Below, one piece after another: positions 50,676 to 58,553 of a stretch of 64,000 nt of DNA. Each line of letters begins with the position of its first letter. Within the stretch, counting starts at the first letter, position 1. Below the pieces are notes generated by a model. The model was not told where the DNA came from. It did no database searches and was given only the letters and a program-made list of their open reading frames with translations. Origin of the DNA: an uncultured Lachnospiraceae bacterium (GTDB lineage Bacteria; Bacillota; Clostridia; Lachnospirales; Lachnospiraceae); contig CANQFR010000002.1 in NCBI GenBank assembly GCA_947599905.1, positions 15,193-79,192 on the forward strand, given 5' to 3'. A program made the translations under genes and the position numbers.

Positions 50676-51467
50676 TTAATCTGCATCAACATCAACCCCG
50701 GTGATCTCTTTGAAAATTTCCTTGTCAAAATTGGGCATATCCAGGATAATTTTCTTGTGTACGGGCGAAAGCCCACGCCACCAGATCACGGCGCATTCTG
50801 AATTATCCAGTTCTTTCAGGTAGCCGCCCGTGGTTTCAGCTTCAGGGTGTGCGGCCTTTTCTTCATCCGTCATGTTCTCCAACCAGCGGTATTCAAGCAC
50901 ATCACCCGGAATCTTATTCAGAAGCAAGCGGGCGTAACTGTTCAACCAATCCCTGTATGTCCAGGGTGACGGCTTATTGAACAGGTAAATTTTAGGTTCT
51001 ACGGTATTAAAACAACCGTTGGAAAAGTTGCACTTGTTCCAATCGCCGCTGTTCCAATCGCCGCTGTTCCTGTTGCCGCTGTTCCTGTTGCCGCTGTTCC
51101 AATCGCCGCTGTTCCAATCGCCGCTGTTCCTGTTGCCGCTGTTGCAACGTCCGGCGCACCCTTTCCCCGTATTTACCAATTCCAGAACTTCAGCCCACGG
51201 AATTTCACGGACGATTTCAAGATCATCTGTACAACACTTATCCCCATCCGAAACAACCTTCCCATGGGCGATCACTTCAGCAACGTGGTTCCGGGGGTCA
51301 AAACTGTAATAATTGAAACAATCGGCGGCCTTCAGGCAGAAGTGCATTCCCCTTTCACAAACTTCTGGTTCAACATCTTCCTTGAACCGACCGGGGCAAG
51401 TATATTCCTTATCACGGCACACCCATTCAACATTGAACACCTTATATCCTTTTACTGGTTCGCTCAT
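50676..51467 (-). CDS. phage protein with NSG(D/N)(W/R) pentapeptide repeats
   Basis: GYKVF, C..GMHFC, seven pentapeptide units. Confidence 0.82.
   Translation of the reverse strand: MSEPVKGYKVFNVEWVCRDKEYTCPGRFKEDVEPEVCERGMHFCLKAADCFNYYSFDPRNHVAEVIAHGKVVSDGDKCCTDDLEIVREIPWAEVLELVNTGKGCAGRCNSGNRNSGDWNSGDWNSGNRNSGNRNSGDWNSGDWNKCNFSNGCFNTVEPKIYLFNKPSPWTYRDWLNSYARLLLNKIPGDVLEYRWLENMTDEEKAAHPEAETTGGYLKELDNSECAVIWWRGLSPVHKKIILDMPNFDKEIFKEITGVDVDAD
51035..51143 (-). repeat. 15-bp tandem repeat x7, two unit types
   Basis: AACAGCGGCGATTGG and AACAGCGGCAACAGG. Confidence 0.9.
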
Positions 51468-52144
51468 TTCCGCCCACCTTTCTTTCCTGCCGCCATAACG
51501 GGAACCGGCTGCTCCGGCACAACCCGAACAACAAACACCTGGTTATCAGACCGCCACACCTCATAAATTTCTGTGTGTTCCTGTTTCCTTCTGTACGTCT
51601 GAAGGGAAGAACACTTTCTTTTTGCTTCATCCGGCGTATCGTAAGTGAAGCACATATTTTTCATAGCGCTTCCAATGAACATTTCAATAGCCTTGACTTC
51701 ATCCGATTTCTCACCACCACGGAACCCGTTCCTTTTCGGAAGTTCCACGTTGTAACTTATCTGCATATCTTCGCCGCCTTTCTCGACATATTGAACAAAA
51801 TTCAAATTTTCGTAAGTAACGGAATCCCCATAGGTGCAATCTTCCGTTCCTGGTATCACTTCATCCAAACTAATTGTTTTGATCCGTCTTTCCTGCTTCT
51901 TCAGTTCGCCACTTATAGCAGATTTCATAGCGTAGAAGGCTATGATTTCAAAATTGTGCTTTCTAAGTTCAGGGATAGCAAACCATCTTTTCACCGATCT
52001 TAAATACCTGAAAATTACCACGTCATACCATTCATCCAACGGCAGCTTTCGGATTTTCAGATACTTGCCGATCAGATAATGATTCTGTTCTGCAAATCTC
52101 TGTTCTTCATCCGTCAGCGGGGCATTCAGGGGATCGGCTTTCAT
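51464..52144 (-). CDS. sigma-factor-like hypothetical protein
   Basis: sigma region-2-like N-terminus (FAEQNH.L, YL..V..W, ISLD). Confidence 0.6.
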   Translation of the reverse strand: MKADPLNAPLTDEEQRFAEQNHYLIGKYLKIRKLPLDEWYDVVIFRYLRSVKRWFAIPELRKHNFEIIAFYAMKSAISGELKKQERRIKTISLDEVIPGTEDCTYGDSVTYENLNFVQYVEKGGEDMQISYNVELPKRNGFRGGEKSDEVKAIEMFIGSAMKNMCFTYDTPDEAKRKCSSLQTYRRKQEHTEIYEVWRSDNQVFVVRVVPEQPVPVMAAGKKGGRK

Positions 52145-52164
52145 GTTTTACCCCCCCCCCGCAA

Positions 52165-52569
52165 TTATTCAGCCGGAATTTGAATCCCGGTGAACTCTGT
52201 GAACTTCACGGAAGAAATAAAGTAACTCCATTTTGTCAGCTTCACGGCGTACCCCCACGGGAAAACGCCATCTTGTAAGCCCTTCATCACCCATTCTTTG
52301 GATTTGCCCATCAGCCGGGCGATCACGGGAACCGGGACGTTCACGGGGCTATCTTTTGAAATCGTTGCAGCGGTTTCAAACTGATCGAAATAATCTTCCT
52401 GAACTCCAAGCGCAAGGGCAATTTCACGTTTCCGGGCCTGCGAAGGCTCATTCTTCCCGGACAAGTATTGACTGATCGAAGATTTCCCGATCCCGGTAAG
52501 ATCGTGAAGTTGGGTTTGGGAAATCCCCAGGCTTCGCATTAAATCGGTTAATTTGTTACAAAACGCCAT
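52165..52569 (-). CDS. XRE HTH regulator with second DNA-binding-like domain
   Basis: SQTQL..LTGIGKSSISQYLSGKNEP. Confidence 0.85.
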   Translation of the reverse strand: MAFCNKLTDLMRSLGISQTQLHDLTGIGKSSISQYLSGKNEPSQARKREIALALGVQEDYFDQFETAATISKDSPVNVPVPVIARLMGKSKEWVMKGLQDGVFPWGYAVKLTKWSYFISSVKFTEFTGIQIPAE

Positions 52570-52586
52570 CTTTGCACCTTCCTTTC

Positions 52587-52778
52587 TTAATCCTTAATCA
52601 ACGGGGTTTTGTTGTACTGTTCCCGGATTCTTACCCGGCACTTCCCGCCTTCGTTCTCACGGCTTAAAACCTGAAATTCAGAACCCTTTTCCCGGATACC
52701 TTCGACGTAGGCCGCCGCTTCTTCCGGGGAATCAAATTCCAGAATCCTTTCAATACAGGCTGCAATAACCTTCTTCAT
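52587..52778 (-). CDS. hypothetical protein
   Basis: GAAAGGA RBS. Confidence 0.65.
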   Translation of the reverse strand: MKKVIAACIERILEFDSPEEAAAYVEGIREKGSEFQVLSRENEGGKCRVRIREQYNKTPLIKD

Positions 52779-52806
52779 ACGGTTTCACTTCCTTTCTTGT
52801 AGATTT

Positions 52807-53022
52807 TCAATCTACACTCACGGCAAAAAAAATCTTCTTAAATTCTTCATCCGTAAGTTTCAGCAAGTCCTTCAGGATTGCGATTTCGCTTGCCTTGAAC
52901 TCCGTTTCATTGTTGATCTTCTTCAGGAATCCAGCGTAGGTAATTCCAATCTGTTTTGCAATGAACCTCAGCTTATACCCGGAATCGTCGATCTTCGCTC
53001 TTAACAGGCTGGTATTCGTCAT
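52807..53022 (-). CDS. Cro-like HTH protein
   Basis: IAKQIGIT...KKINNETEFKASEI. Confidence 0.8.
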   Translation of the reverse strand: MTNTSLLRAKIDDSGYKLRFIAKQIGITYAGFLKKINNETEFKASEIAILKDLLKLTDEEFKKIFFAVSVD

Positions 53023-53034
53023 TTCCTCACCCCC

Positions 53035-53460
53035 TTATAGCTTTAACTGGTTGATAACGTCCCGGATCATGGCAACGCCGGAATCACAAGCAACGTTACA
53101 TCTGCGAATCCCGCCGCTTTCAAAGGTTCCAGTAACAATTTCCTTCACCGGGTCAAATTCCAGGGATACCAGATCAGAAGCGCCCCGTGTGGCCTGCAAA
53201 GCCTTTAACAGAAGATCGCAAATGTGCTGCTTATCATCCAGGGCGTAAACCTCGCCGCCGTAAACAAGTTCATTCTGCTGAATCTCCTTCAGGGAAAGCC
53301 TTTCGGAATAATCAATATATCCCCAAGCATCCCTTCCGATCATGTCAACGTGTTTCCTGGTATCAAAATTCTTAATATCATCAACCTTCCCATTGTTCGG
53401 ATAAGTCCCAGGCCCAACCGGGCGGTTAATACTATAATATCTATACGCCATTTTCAACAT
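53035..53460 (-). CDS. hypothetical early protein (YYS..RP..PGTYP N-terminal domain)
   Basis: RBS; motif recalled from mobile-element polyvalent proteins (unverified). Confidence 0.6.
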   Translation of the reverse strand: MLKMAYRYYSINRPVGPGTYPNNGKVDDIKNFDTRKHVDMIGRDAWGYIDYSERLSLKEIQQNELVYGGEVYALDDKQHICDLLLKALQATRGASDLVSLEFDPVKEIVTGTFESGGIRRCNVACDSGVAMIRDVINQLKL

Positions 53461-53689
53461 CCTTTCTTTTTGAATTTGTACGGCACTTTACAGGGGATTT
53501 ACATTTATTACCCCTTGCGGGTGACTAAGCCGCTGCCGGATAGATTCAGTTTTCAAGGTTCAAATTGCTGGAAGTGCCGCTACAAGCCAGGCCGGGGATT
53601 CCACACTTCCAGCTTCCCCCCTTGCGGTTCAGGCTGTTCCGATTGCCGCCAATTATATGCCCAGTGTGTTATTATTAGGCGTTTCGGTT

Positions 53690-53759
53690 CGCCCACTCTG
53701 CATTTTCACGGGCTTGTGACCGTCGCTTTCCGGTAGGATAAAGCGGCTGCATTAGGCGG
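53690..53759 (-). ncRNA. twister ribozyme, type P1, with P3 hairpin
   Basis: CCGCC-UAA-UGCA-GCC-[GCUUU..AAAGC]-G-ACGG-UCACAAGC-CCGU-GAAAA-UGCA-GAGU-GGGCG matches the twister core. Confidence 0.9.
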
Positions 53760-53772
53760 GGCGATTCGCCCC

Positions 53773-54006
53773 TTAAATCTGTTCGATCACGGAATTTGCA
53801 TCATCAAGATACCCATACGCTTCATCCAGCATTTCAATATAGCCTTCCATTTCCTCGCCCTTTTCTCCGTACTGGATGGATTCAGGTAAATTGTCGTGGG
53901 CTTCCTGTTCGTCATTCTTGACTTCTTCCAGGATACTTTGCGCCTGCCCTATGAGATCAAAGGCTTCTTCCAGGCGTTTCCTTCTCTGCTTATTCACAAT
54001 GCGCAC
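53773..54006 (-). CDS. hypothetical helical protein
   Basis: NK.RRK.L, EQEA.DNLPESIQ..EKGE.M. Confidence 0.75.
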   Translation of the reverse strand: MRIVNKQRRKRLEEAFDLIGQAQSILEEVKNDEQEAHDNLPESIQYGEKGEEMEGYIEMLDEAYGYLDDANSVIEQI

Positions 54007-54019
54007 CCCCTTTCCGCCT

Positions 54020-54211
54020 TCAGGCTATTTTGTCAATCACTTTAATCTTTCCGAATCTCCCGGAAAGGTGATCCACCGCTTCATCTTTGCTCGCATACAC
54101 CCCTTCAAAGTGTACGCTTCCGATCTTCCAGGCTGCCAGCACCGGGAAATCCCGTGATTGTCTTGATTTCAAAGTTATCGTCATAAGATCACCCCCTTCC
54201 ACTATACGCAA
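54020..54211 (-). CDS. hypothetical protein
   Basis: small coupled ORF. Confidence 0.5.
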   Translation of the reverse strand: MRIVEGGDLMTITLKSRQSRDFPVLAAWKIGSVHFEGVYASKDEAVDHLSGRFGKIKVIDKIA

Positions 54212-54399
54212 ACAAGAAGATCATACACATCCAGTTTTGAATTGTAGGTATAACTTACAACGTGCATCCTTCTACAATCCCCGTAAAGGCTCCATCCTTT
54301 TCTTCCGAAGCCACCAGGAATATCTTCGGCCGCCGTTAAAGTAAAACCAGAACCTTCATGCGATTTCATAAATTCTCCAACTGTCGTCATATTCTCCAT
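54202..54399 (-). CDS. hypothetical protein
   Basis: GAAAGG RBS. Confidence 0.55.
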   Translation of the reverse strand: MENMTTVGEFMKSHEGSGFTLTAAEDIPGGFGRKGWSLYGDCRRMHVVSYTYNSKLDVYDLLVCV

Positions 54400-54417
54400 C
54401 CTTTCCGGGGAAGCGGA

Positions 54418-55047
54418 TCACTCCGCTTCCTCAAACAAAACGCCACAATCGTAACACTGAACCCGTACTTCCTTTGTTGCCCGGATAATCGTTTCACACA
54501 AGGGGCAAACGTACTTTCTACTTGAACTTTTCGCCTTCGCACCCTTGCCGATTTTCGGAATCCGCTTCCTGTAAAGCTGGAACTTCTTATCTGCCAGCCC
54601 TTCAATAAAGGCTTTCGCTTCATCATTCAGGCTGGTTTTTGTCCACCCATACTTGCTATCCTTATCGACATTCAGCCCGTGTTTTTCGGCAGCTTCCTTA
54701 TACTTCTTATTGTGATAAGTGCCCCCCCGGCTGGTATCCTGCACCCCTTCCTGAAGATTGAACAGGTGAACCATTTCATGAAGAAGGGTTTCGGCAATCT
54801 GTTCAAACGGCCTTGAAAGGTGTTCAGCGCAAAGGTTGATTTCGTAAAATCCTTCATCATCCTTCGCCCCTTCCTGTTTCCCCCAGGCTTTCCAGGAAGT
54901 ACACCAGCCATAAGCGCCCTTTGTGGTGTCCGGGCTTACCGTAATAACCGGGGTTTGAAGTTCATTGTTATAGAACTTCTCATTGAATTTTGAAAATAAA
55001 TTTTCAAGTTTTTCGATTATCGGCTGCAAGCTCTGTTCTGTGGTCAT
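54418..55047 (-). CDS. SprT-like zinc metalloprotease
   Basis: TLLHEMVH, YHNKKY, C-terminal CPLC..CYDC. Confidence 0.88.
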   Translation of the reverse strand: MTTEQSLQPIIEKLENLFSKFNEKFYNNELQTPVITVSPDTTKGAYGWCTSWKAWGKQEGAKDDEGFYEINLCAEHLSRPFEQIAETLLHEMVHLFNLQEGVQDTSRGGTYHNKKYKEAAEKHGLNVDKDSKYGWTKTSLNDEAKAFIEGLADKKFQLYRKRIPKIGKGAKAKSSSRKYVCPLCETIIRATKEVRVQCYDCGVLFEEAE

Positions 55048-55238
55048 TTCTCCATCATCCTTTCACAAAATGCTTTCAGTAAGGGGTTTAGCTGCTTCCT
55101 TGTCATGTACCTTTGGGCTACCTCATACGCTTTCTTAAATCCCGCTTCGTCAGAAGCCCTGATTGCTTCTTCCATTTCGGAAGTAAGTTCGGAAGCCCGC
55201 TTCTCGCAATAGGCTTTTTCCTTCTCCCAAGCTGTCAT
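55044..55238 (-). CDS. hypothetical protein
   Basis: coupled ORF. Confidence 0.55.
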   Translation of the reverse strand: MTAWEKEKAYCEKRASELTSEMEEAIRASDEAGFKKAYEVAQRYMTRKQLNPLLKAFCERMMEK

Positions 55239-55249
55239 TTCCTTACCCC

Positions 55250-55720
55250 CTATCTGAATTTCTTATAAGTGAAGATTGTTGTAAGGCCGTTTCGGTGACT
55301 TTCGATCTTCGCATCATCTTCATCAACCATCCGTAACGCCTGGATCATCTTTTCAAAATGCTTCTCTGCACTGGTTTCACAAGTGCTTTCAAGGCCGCTA
55401 GACCAGAAGAACCGAAATTCTTTTCTGTACTCCGCATAGGTCTTATAAACCCTTGCTTCCCCGCTTTCTGCTGTAACGGTGACTTCCACATCCTCACCCT
55501 GTTCTTCCGGGTCAATCCATACATTTTCAGATTTTCCGTTCTCAAAATTTACTTCCAGGCGATTCCCAAGATCGGAAATCCAGTTGTTTGGGTGATCCGC
55601 TGAAGTACTGGAATAAATGGGGTATCCCGCATTTGCAGAACTTTTTTCGTCCTCCTCGTAGTCATACGGGAAGATTTTGTTTACCTGTTCCCACGCCTTT
55701 TCTACTGTACGAACTACCAT
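55250..55720 (-). CDS. hypothetical protein, first gene of the early lytic operon
   Basis: GAAAGGA RBS. Confidence 0.7.
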   Translation of the reverse strand: MVVRTVEKAWEQVNKIFPYDYEEDEKSSANAGYPIYSSTSADHPNNWISDLGNRLEVNFENGKSENVWIDPEEQGEDVEVTVTAESGEARVYKTYAEYRKEFRFFWSSGLESTCETSAEKHFEKMIQALRMVDEDDAKIESHRNGLTTIFTYKKFR

Positions 55721-55763
55721 AAATCACTTCATCCTTTCTCACCGTTGCAGCGGCTTTTTTGAT

Positions 55764-56042
55764 GGAAATTGAAGTGCTGTGTCCTCTCGCTCGGTTGATT
55801 CTTCCGCTTGACGGCTTCTTATGTAGGGGTAAAGTGTTGATTGGCTCAACCTGATCCGTTTTCTTCGTATGTAGTTCAGATCACTTTGCTTTCTTGCCCT
55901 GTCGTCCGTGCTTTCTTCAACTACTTTGGAAGGCCGCCTAATTCTTCACACCCTCTGTCTGCTTCCCCAGCAGCCTGCCCGCCATGGCACTTGAATGTAG
56001 CCCTCTCGGTTCGCCTTCCGTTTCCTGCTTGCTTCAATTTCC
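55764..56042 (-). ncRNA. candidate ~280-nt structured leader RNA
   Basis: 11-bp closing stem plus nested internal stems; no credible ORF. Confidence 0.55.
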
Positions 56043-56047
56043 TGTTT

Positions 56048-56158
56048 TGTAGATTGTCCGTCTACATTGAGTATCATACCATCTTGTAGATTGATTGTCA
56101 ACACATTTTTTGAAAAAAAATAAAAAAAGTTGATTTTCTGGAAACACCATGATATAAT
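56048..56158. promoter_or_regulatory. divergent lysis/lysogeny promoters with operators
   Basis: minus strand TTGACA(56101-56096)-17-TATGAT; plus strand TTGATT(56130)-17-TATAAT; operators TGTAGA-N7-TCTACA (56048-56066) and TGTAGA-N7-TCAACA (56085-56103). Confidence 0.8.
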
Positions 56159-56170
56159 ACCAATCGAAAG

Positions 56171-56632
56171 GTGGTGATGAACTTCATGAATGAAGATCAG
56201 CGCAAGGAATACCTGGTTATGATCGGGAACCGGATCAAGCAATTACGGCTTGAACGGGAACTATCCCAGGATGAACTTGCAAGAAGAAGTGGCTACGGTT
56301 CCCGATCCACCATAAACAAAATTGAATTGGGAATCAACGACGTTCCGCAATCTAAAATTAAGGCCATAGCGGAAGCGTTGGGTGTTGACGTCGGGGAAAT
56401 CCTCAGTTGGGACAAATTTGATTCGACTTACGACACAAAGGCACTTCAAAAAGAAGTATCTTTATTTGAACAGATTGAACAGGGATACGGAAAGCCAGCC
56501 AGGGAAGCGGTCAGTCTATTCGTCCAGCTTGATACCCTTGATCAAGGGCGGGCGATAGGCAGCATGGAAAAAATGCTGGAAGATGAAAAATATTCCGTCC
56601 AAAAAGAATTATCGAAAAGCACGGCAAGCTGA
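56171..56632 (+). CDS. CI-like XRE repressor
   Basis: LSQDELARRSGY.SRSTINKIELG; divergent from the lytic operon. Confidence 0.9.
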   Translation: MVMNFMNEDQRKEYLVMIGNRIKQLRLERELSQDELARRSGYGSRSTINKIELGINDVPQSKIKAIAEALGVDVGEILSWDKFDSTYDTKALQKEVSLFEQIEQGYGKPAREAVSLFVQLDTLDQGRAIGSMEKMLEDEKYSVQKELSKSTAS

Positions 56633-56646
56633 TTTTAGTGGATTTC

Positions 56647-56840
56647 GGTTCAAGATAGTTCAAGTTGGTTCAGCTTCGTGGTTCAACTTCTTTTCCACGG
56701 AAACAAAGGGCGGTTCAAGATGGTTCAAGATAAATTTGTGTTTTATATGCTTCTGAAAATTACAGTCATGTTTTTACAGTATTTTTCAGAAATATAAAGT
56801 AATAGAATACCAAAGTTGAACTTGAACCACTTGAACAGAT
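56647..56840. repeat. iteron region B, homologous to region A and inverted relative to it
   Basis: GGTTCAAGA repeats, AT-rich core, then CTTGAAC repeats. Confidence 0.7.
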
Positions 56841-56875
56841 TTTGAAAAGTTAATTTCAAGAAAGGAAAAAGTGAA

Positions 56876-57262
56876 ATGTTCGGAAAAAAGAAATTGTCTG
56901 GAACACCTGTCCAGCATTATGAAGGATTGGATTTCCCGGCGAATTATCCTTGCCGGATAGAGATCATAGGTTCAAATTTTGTGATAACCAGGATCAAGCC
57001 GGAAACTACCGTCACGCTTCCGCTGGATCAAATAAAATCCTTTTCCGCTATGGAAGAACCTGATTTCATGCTGAAATACCACGGTGAAGCAAAAACCACT
57101 TCCAAAGCGAAGGGGATCAATAAATATTATTTGGTGGTAGATTACACGTCGAAGGACGGACAGGAAAAACGGCTTGTATTTTGGGGCACGGCTTCAGAGT
57201 ATGGGGAATTTGTAAAATTTCAGTTTGGAAATGCCGGGACATCAGGAAGTTATTCTTTATGA
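56876..57262 (+). CDS. lysogeny-module hypothetical protein (PH-fold-like)
   Basis: GAAAGGA RBS; between repressor and integrase. Confidence 0.7.
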   Translation: MFGKKKLSGTPVQHYEGLDFPANYPCRIEIIGSNFVITRIKPETTVTLPLDQIKSFSAMEEPDFMLKYHGEAKTTSKAKGINKYYLVVDYTSKDGQEKRLVFWGTASEYGEFVKFQFGNAGTSGSYSL

Positions 57263-57390
57263 AAAAATTCCCCGCCAGTGCTGCAACACCAGCGGGGATT
57301 GACCAAAAAATCAGGATGAAGTGATTTTTCAGCGGTCAACTGTCATTATATCACTTCACCTGTTTTTTCTCAATGGGACGGTGAAGAAAA

Positions 57391-58392
57391 TTGAAAAATC
57401 CAAACGGTTATGGCACTGTAACAAGGTTATCGGGGAACCGCCGTAGGCCGTGGATAGTAAAGGAAGGCGTTTCAGGGAAGCAAAAGCCCATAGGATACGC
57501 CACCACAAAGGCGGAAGGGCTAATCATGTTGGGTGAATACAACAACGATCCATGGGACATTGAAGCGGATAAGATCACCCTTCAGGAACTTTTTGAACTG
57601 TGGGAAAAGAAGCGGGCGGTTAAATTGAGTAAGGCGAACCAATCATCTTTGAAGTCAGCCTATAAGCATTGTGTGAAGCTGAAGAATAAGAAATATAGGG
57701 AAATCGTGGCGTTCCAAATGCAAGCCTGTATTGATGAATGTGGGCACGGGTATTCTACGCAAGGGGCAATCAAAAATCTGTGGGGGCATCTGGATAAATT
57801 CGCTATGGAATTGAACATAACTTCAAAACGATATTCCGACTTGCTCACCTCTGATCCGATACCTGAAACGACAAAAGAAACGTTCACGGATCAGGAAGTT
57901 GCCCGCCTGTGGGAAAACCAGAATCTACCGTGGGCGGATTCCGTTCTGTTCTTCCTATACACCGGCTTTCGGATTTCTGAAATGATCGGCCTGAAAACGG
58001 AAACGGTGAACCTTCAGGAATGGACGTTGACCGGGGGCATCAAATCGGCAGCGGGAAAGAACCGGCTGATTCCGATTCACTCAAAAATTCAAGGCATAGT
58101 TCAGAAGCGTTTTGAACAATCCAAAAGCGGCTATCTGTTTGAGTACAACGGGAAGAAGCTGAACCAAACCCAATACCGGGAATTTTGGGCGGAAGTCATG
58201 GCGGCCCTGGAAATGGATCATACCCCGCACGAATGCCGCCATACGTTCCGTTCACGGCTTGATTCAGCCGGGGCGAATAAGGTTTGCATTGATCGGTTAA
58301 TGGGGCACAAATCGAAGGGAACCGGCGAACGGGTTTACACCCACAAGAATATTGAAGAACTCCGATTGAACATTGAACTAATAACAAATTAG
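57391..58392 (+). CDS. int: tyrosine integrase
   Basis: NPNGYG, TGFRISE, K, HECRHTF, MGH, YTH. Confidence 0.95.
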   Translation: MKNPNGYGTVTRLSGNRRRPWIVKEGVSGKQKPIGYATTKAEGLIMLGEYNNDPWDIEADKITLQELFELWEKKRAVKLSKANQSSLKSAYKHCVKLKNKKYREIVAFQMQACIDECGHGYSTQGAIKNLWGHLDKFAMELNITSKRYSDLLTSDPIPETTKETFTDQEVARLWENQNLPWADSVLFFLYTGFRISEMIGLKTETVNLQEWTLTGGIKSAAGKNRLIPIHSKIQGIVQKRFEQSKSGYLFEYNGKKLNQTQYREFWAEVMAALEMDHTPHECRHTFRSRLDSAGANKVCIDRLMGHKSKGTGERVYTHKNIEELRLNIELITN

Positions 58393-58397
58393 TAACA

Positions 58398-58442
58398 AAA
58401 AAGGCGGGAAGTCAAGAAAAATCAAGACTTCCCGCCTGTTTT
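58398..58442. terminator. terminator after integrase
   Basis: AGGCGGGAAGTC..GACTTCCCGCCT-GTTTT. Confidence 0.8.
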
Positions 58443-58448
58443 GTGTTT

Positions 58449-58459
58449 ATTATACCATA
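58449..58459. repeat. right att core ATTATACCATA
   Basis: identical to 11651-11661. Confidence 0.75.
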
Positions 58460-58553
58460 TCTTGTCAAAAAATGTAAATCCTTGGCAGGAAGAAAAGTGA
58501 AAAAAGATTGCCTTCCGTCCATACATTTAGTAAGAGGAATTTTGCCGGAGGTT

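Larger units (their letters stand above)
11651..58459. mobile_element. temperate prophage with contractile tail (~46.8 kb), apparently complete
   Basis: lysis, tail, head, packaging, replication and lysogeny modules; lower GC than flanks; direct repeat ATTATACCATA at both ends. Confidence 0.95.

Noticed and set aside
51035-51143. Pentapeptide repeat as a second DGR target or CRISPR array
   Set aside because: No similarity to TR, units differ at a non-A position, and there are no spacers
53481-53538. Three-way junction as hammerhead or twister-sister ribozyme
   Set aside because: Lacks the CUGANGA/GAAA core; only a short ACCCGCAAGG resemblance to twister-sister
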